Origin: Paracoccaceae bacterium
Lineage (GTDB): Bacteria > Pseudomonadota > Alphaproteobacteria > Rhodobacterales > Rhodobacteraceae
NCBI GenBank assembly: GCA_028112705.1
Contig: JAOGYN010000005.1
Span: forward strand, 15,527 to 79,526
Reading direction: 5' to 3'
Length of the DNA: 64,000 nt
In this document: piece after piece, positions 62,211 through 64,000 of the stretch
How positions within the stretch are numbered: position 1 is the first letter of the stretch
Layout of the letters: each line of letters starts with the position of its first letter
The notes under the pieces: generated by a model
What the model was told of the DNA's origin: nothing
The model's input: the letters and a program-made list of their open reading frames with translations, nothing else
Database searches by the model: none
Made by a program: the position numbers and the translations under genes

Positions 62211-62594
62211 ATGAATGAAGATCAAATGGAAAATTTGGTTCTATCATATTTTAAAGGAGTAGATAGCGAAGATTTTGAAATGATCAAAAGCACACTTAGC
62301 AAAGATTGTCGCCTTACTGTAGAGACACATAACGTAGAGTTGAATGGGCACCAAGAGATAGAAAAAATGTTTAAAAATTTGTGGAAAAACCACAAGTCGG
62401 TTTTGCACCACGAATTTAAATTTCTCACCAATGCTTACTTAAATAAACTTTCAGTTCAGTTTAACGTAGTTAACACACTTAAAAATAATGAAATAGTTAA
62501 TAAATCAAATTGTAACTTTTTTACTTTCAACAAAAAATTGTTTACTGAAATTAATATATATATGGCTGGAAAAAATACTATTTTAAAATCATAA
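62211..62594 (+). CDS. NTF2/SnoaL-like fold protein
   Basis: 127 aa. …NLVLSYFKGVDSEDFEMIKSTLSKDCRL… is the typical SnoaL-like N-terminal helix pattern. Confidence 0.5.
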   Translation: MNEDQMENLVLSYFKGVDSEDFEMIKSTLSKDCRLTVETHNVELNGHQEIEKMFKNLWKNHKSVLHHEFKFLTNAYLNKLSVQFNVVNTLKNNEIVNKSNCNFFTFNKKLFTEINIYMAGKNTILKS

Positions 62595-62792
62595 ATTATT
62601 ATAATACAAATACTTATTGACCATACTTAAGGTTTTTATTTGTTATCTATTTTTTCCTTTTATTTACCAAAACTAACTAGTCGTAATTACAACATCTGTT
62701 TACGTCAAAATATAGTCGCAAAAATTGCAGATATGAATCTAAATTTAATTCATTTACTGCTTACAAATTCAATTAAATAGAGCAGTGATTAA

Positions 62793-63737
62793 ATGACTTC
62801 AGATCAAAAAGGTATCGTTTTAGTAGTAATTGGGATGGTTCTCTTTAGTGTTCAAGACGCTTTGATCAAGAATTTATCAACTCACGCCTCACTGATTCAA
62901 ATTTTTGTATGCAGGGGTGTAATTGGGATTGTAATTCTATCTATATTTTTGAAATTAACCAACCGTAAACTCAGTATTAAATCAAATAATCCCAAAATTG
63001 CCATTACCAGAGGTTTGCTATTCCCTTTTGCTTTTTTGTGTTTTTATTTGGCTATAGCGGCCATGCCAATCGCTGAGGCAAGTGCATTATTTTTTGTGAG
63101 TCCATTTTTCATGACAATTCTATCAAAGATAATTCTGAAAAACAAAGTAGGAATTCATAGACTTGTCGCCATTATGGTTGGATTTATTGGTATAATTTTT
63201 ATAATCAAACCAGAATTTGCAAATTTTAATTGGGTGATGATTTTACCAATAGTGTGTGCATTTGCGTATTCATTATCAATGATTTTAACTATATATACAA
63301 AGGACTCTGACACAACATATCAACAAACGTCACATGTATATTTAGGATCGATAGCAGTCGGAACAATTGTATATCTTGTATTTGGTAATTTTAACGAACA
63401 TTACTCAGATAACCCCAGTTTAAGTTACCTCTTAAGAGCTTGGGATTTCACTGATTTCACAATTCTATTTAAGATATTAATAATATCTTTTATTGGCACG
63501 ATAGGTATTTTATGTTTAATAAATGCATATCGCATTGGTCTTCCATCAGTAGTTTCCCCTTTTGAATATACCATGATTATAAATGCCTTAATAATTGGAT
63601 ATTTTATTTTTCACGAACAACCTGACTATTATTCAATTATCGGTATGACATTAATAATTTTAAGCGGAATATACATTTTTTTTCGTGAAAGACCCAGAAA
63701 AACTAAAATTGTTTCAGACAATAGCTTAAGAGTTTAA
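62793..63737 (+). CDS. DMT-superfamily (EamA-like) transporter
   Basis: 314 aa with 10 TM helices in two EamA-like halves. Confidence 0.75.
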   Translation: MTSDQKGIVLVVIGMVLFSVQDALIKNLSTHASLIQIFVCRGVIGIVILSIFLKLTNRKLSIKSNNPKIAITRGLLFPFAFLCFYLAIAAMPIAEASALFFVSPFFMTILSKIILKNKVGIHRLVAIMVGFIGIIFIIKPEFANFNWVMILPIVCAFAYSLSMILTIYTKDSDTTYQQTSHVYLGSIAVGTIVYLVFGNFNEHYSDNPSLSYLLRAWDFTDFTILFKILIISFIGTIGILCLINAYRIGLPSVVSPFEYTMIINALIIGYFIFHEQPDYYSIIGMTLIILSGIYIFFRERPRKTKIVSDNSLRV

Positions 63738-63784
63738 GGTCGATTATCGCCGCCAGTGTTAACTTTAAGAGTGACTTTTTTGGA

Positions 63785-64000
63785 TTAATCTTTAATATTA
63801 ATTTCTGCTAAACTTGATTTTAATTCCTCAAGTTCTTTTTGACTAAACAACTGCTGATTTATAGTTAAATCAAATCCCTTACCCTTCATGCTTAACATAC
63901 TCATTTTTGAAGATCCTTGCTCATCTAAACCGTAATGTTTGATCTTCCTTAAAAAACCCTTAACATCAGTCTCTTCTGGTGGTTTAAATTTAAAAAACTG
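63785..64000 (-). CDS. 3' end of an unidentified gene running off the window edge
   Basis: My own translation of the minus strand gives an open 71-codon frame: QFFKFKPPEETDVKGFLRKIKHYGLDEQGSSKMSMLSMKGKGFDLTINQQLFSQKELEELKSSLAEINIKD-stop. Not in the ORF track because the start lies outside the window. Confidence 0.4.
   Translation of the reverse strand, partial: QFFKFKPPEETDVKGFLRKIKHYGLDEQGSSKMSMLSMKGKGFDLTINQQLFSQKELEELKSSLAEINIKD

Noticed and set aside
1-64000. Search for tRNA/rRNA genes, IS elements, integrases, prophage or toxin-antitoxin pairs
   Set aside because: No GC-rich cloverleaf-like segments, no long terminal inverted repeats and no transposase, recombinase or phage-like ORFs were seen in any frame. 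Absence is by eye only and should be confirmed with tRNAscan, Infernal and ISfinder-type tools.

Overview
This is an AT-rich, tightly packed bacterial chromosomal segment with about 65 protein-coding genes. Most spacers are 0-60 nt, and several start/stop overlaps of 1-11 nt occur. By eye I found no rRNA, tRNA, CRISPR array, transposase, integrase or phage gene. All protein calls rest on motifs and remembered family signatures. No database search was possible.

The content is mostly transport and catabolism of small nitrogenous or organic compounds:
- 22-8024: a PotABCD-type importer flanked by three amide-hydrolase families (C45, NylB-like, amidase-signature).
- 23330-31085: a seven-gene TRAP-transporter operon with an aminotransferase, a TPP enzyme and flavoenzymes.
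- 32870-39602: a redox/thiol cluster with two GFA proteins, a GST, a maleate-isomerase-like protein, RidA, a P450, a GlxA/AraC regulator, and a membrane di-iron desaturase-like protein next to a Rieske ferredoxin.
- 40993-46512: a polar-amino-acid ABC operon ending in a VanA-type Rieske oxygenase, plus a TauD-family dioxygenase.
- 47802-52749: soxBDAG, encoding heterotetrameric sarcosine oxidase.
- 59170-62594: an amidase, a MaoC pair, a tautomerase-NTF2 fusion and an NTF2-fold protein.

This gene content fits a streamlined marine heterotroph, but that is inference only.

The observations most worth follow-up are:
1. 53025-58898: a compact cyclic-nucleotide module with two class III cyclases, an NrtS-like mini membrane protein, an MscS-type channel fused to a cNMP-binding domain, and YqhA.
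2. CG-containing pentamers (CGCCA/CGCCG/CGTCA) repeated at an exact 21-22 bp phase. They lie in the promoter regions of the GlxA/AraC regulator, the TauD/deacylase pair and soxB, and suggest one AraC-type regulon.
3. 8025-15971: a loosely packed segment encoding only exported or envelope proteins. It carries a C11 homopolymer, two frame-damaged lipoprotein genes, a secreted ankyrin protein, and a membrane-anchored regulator whose winged helix is at the C-terminus.
4. 15972-18612: a decaying acyl-CoA carboxylase cluster with a carboxyltransferase pseudogene.

I cannot show that any of these is a genuinely new system. Each is stated as a hypothesis with a test.
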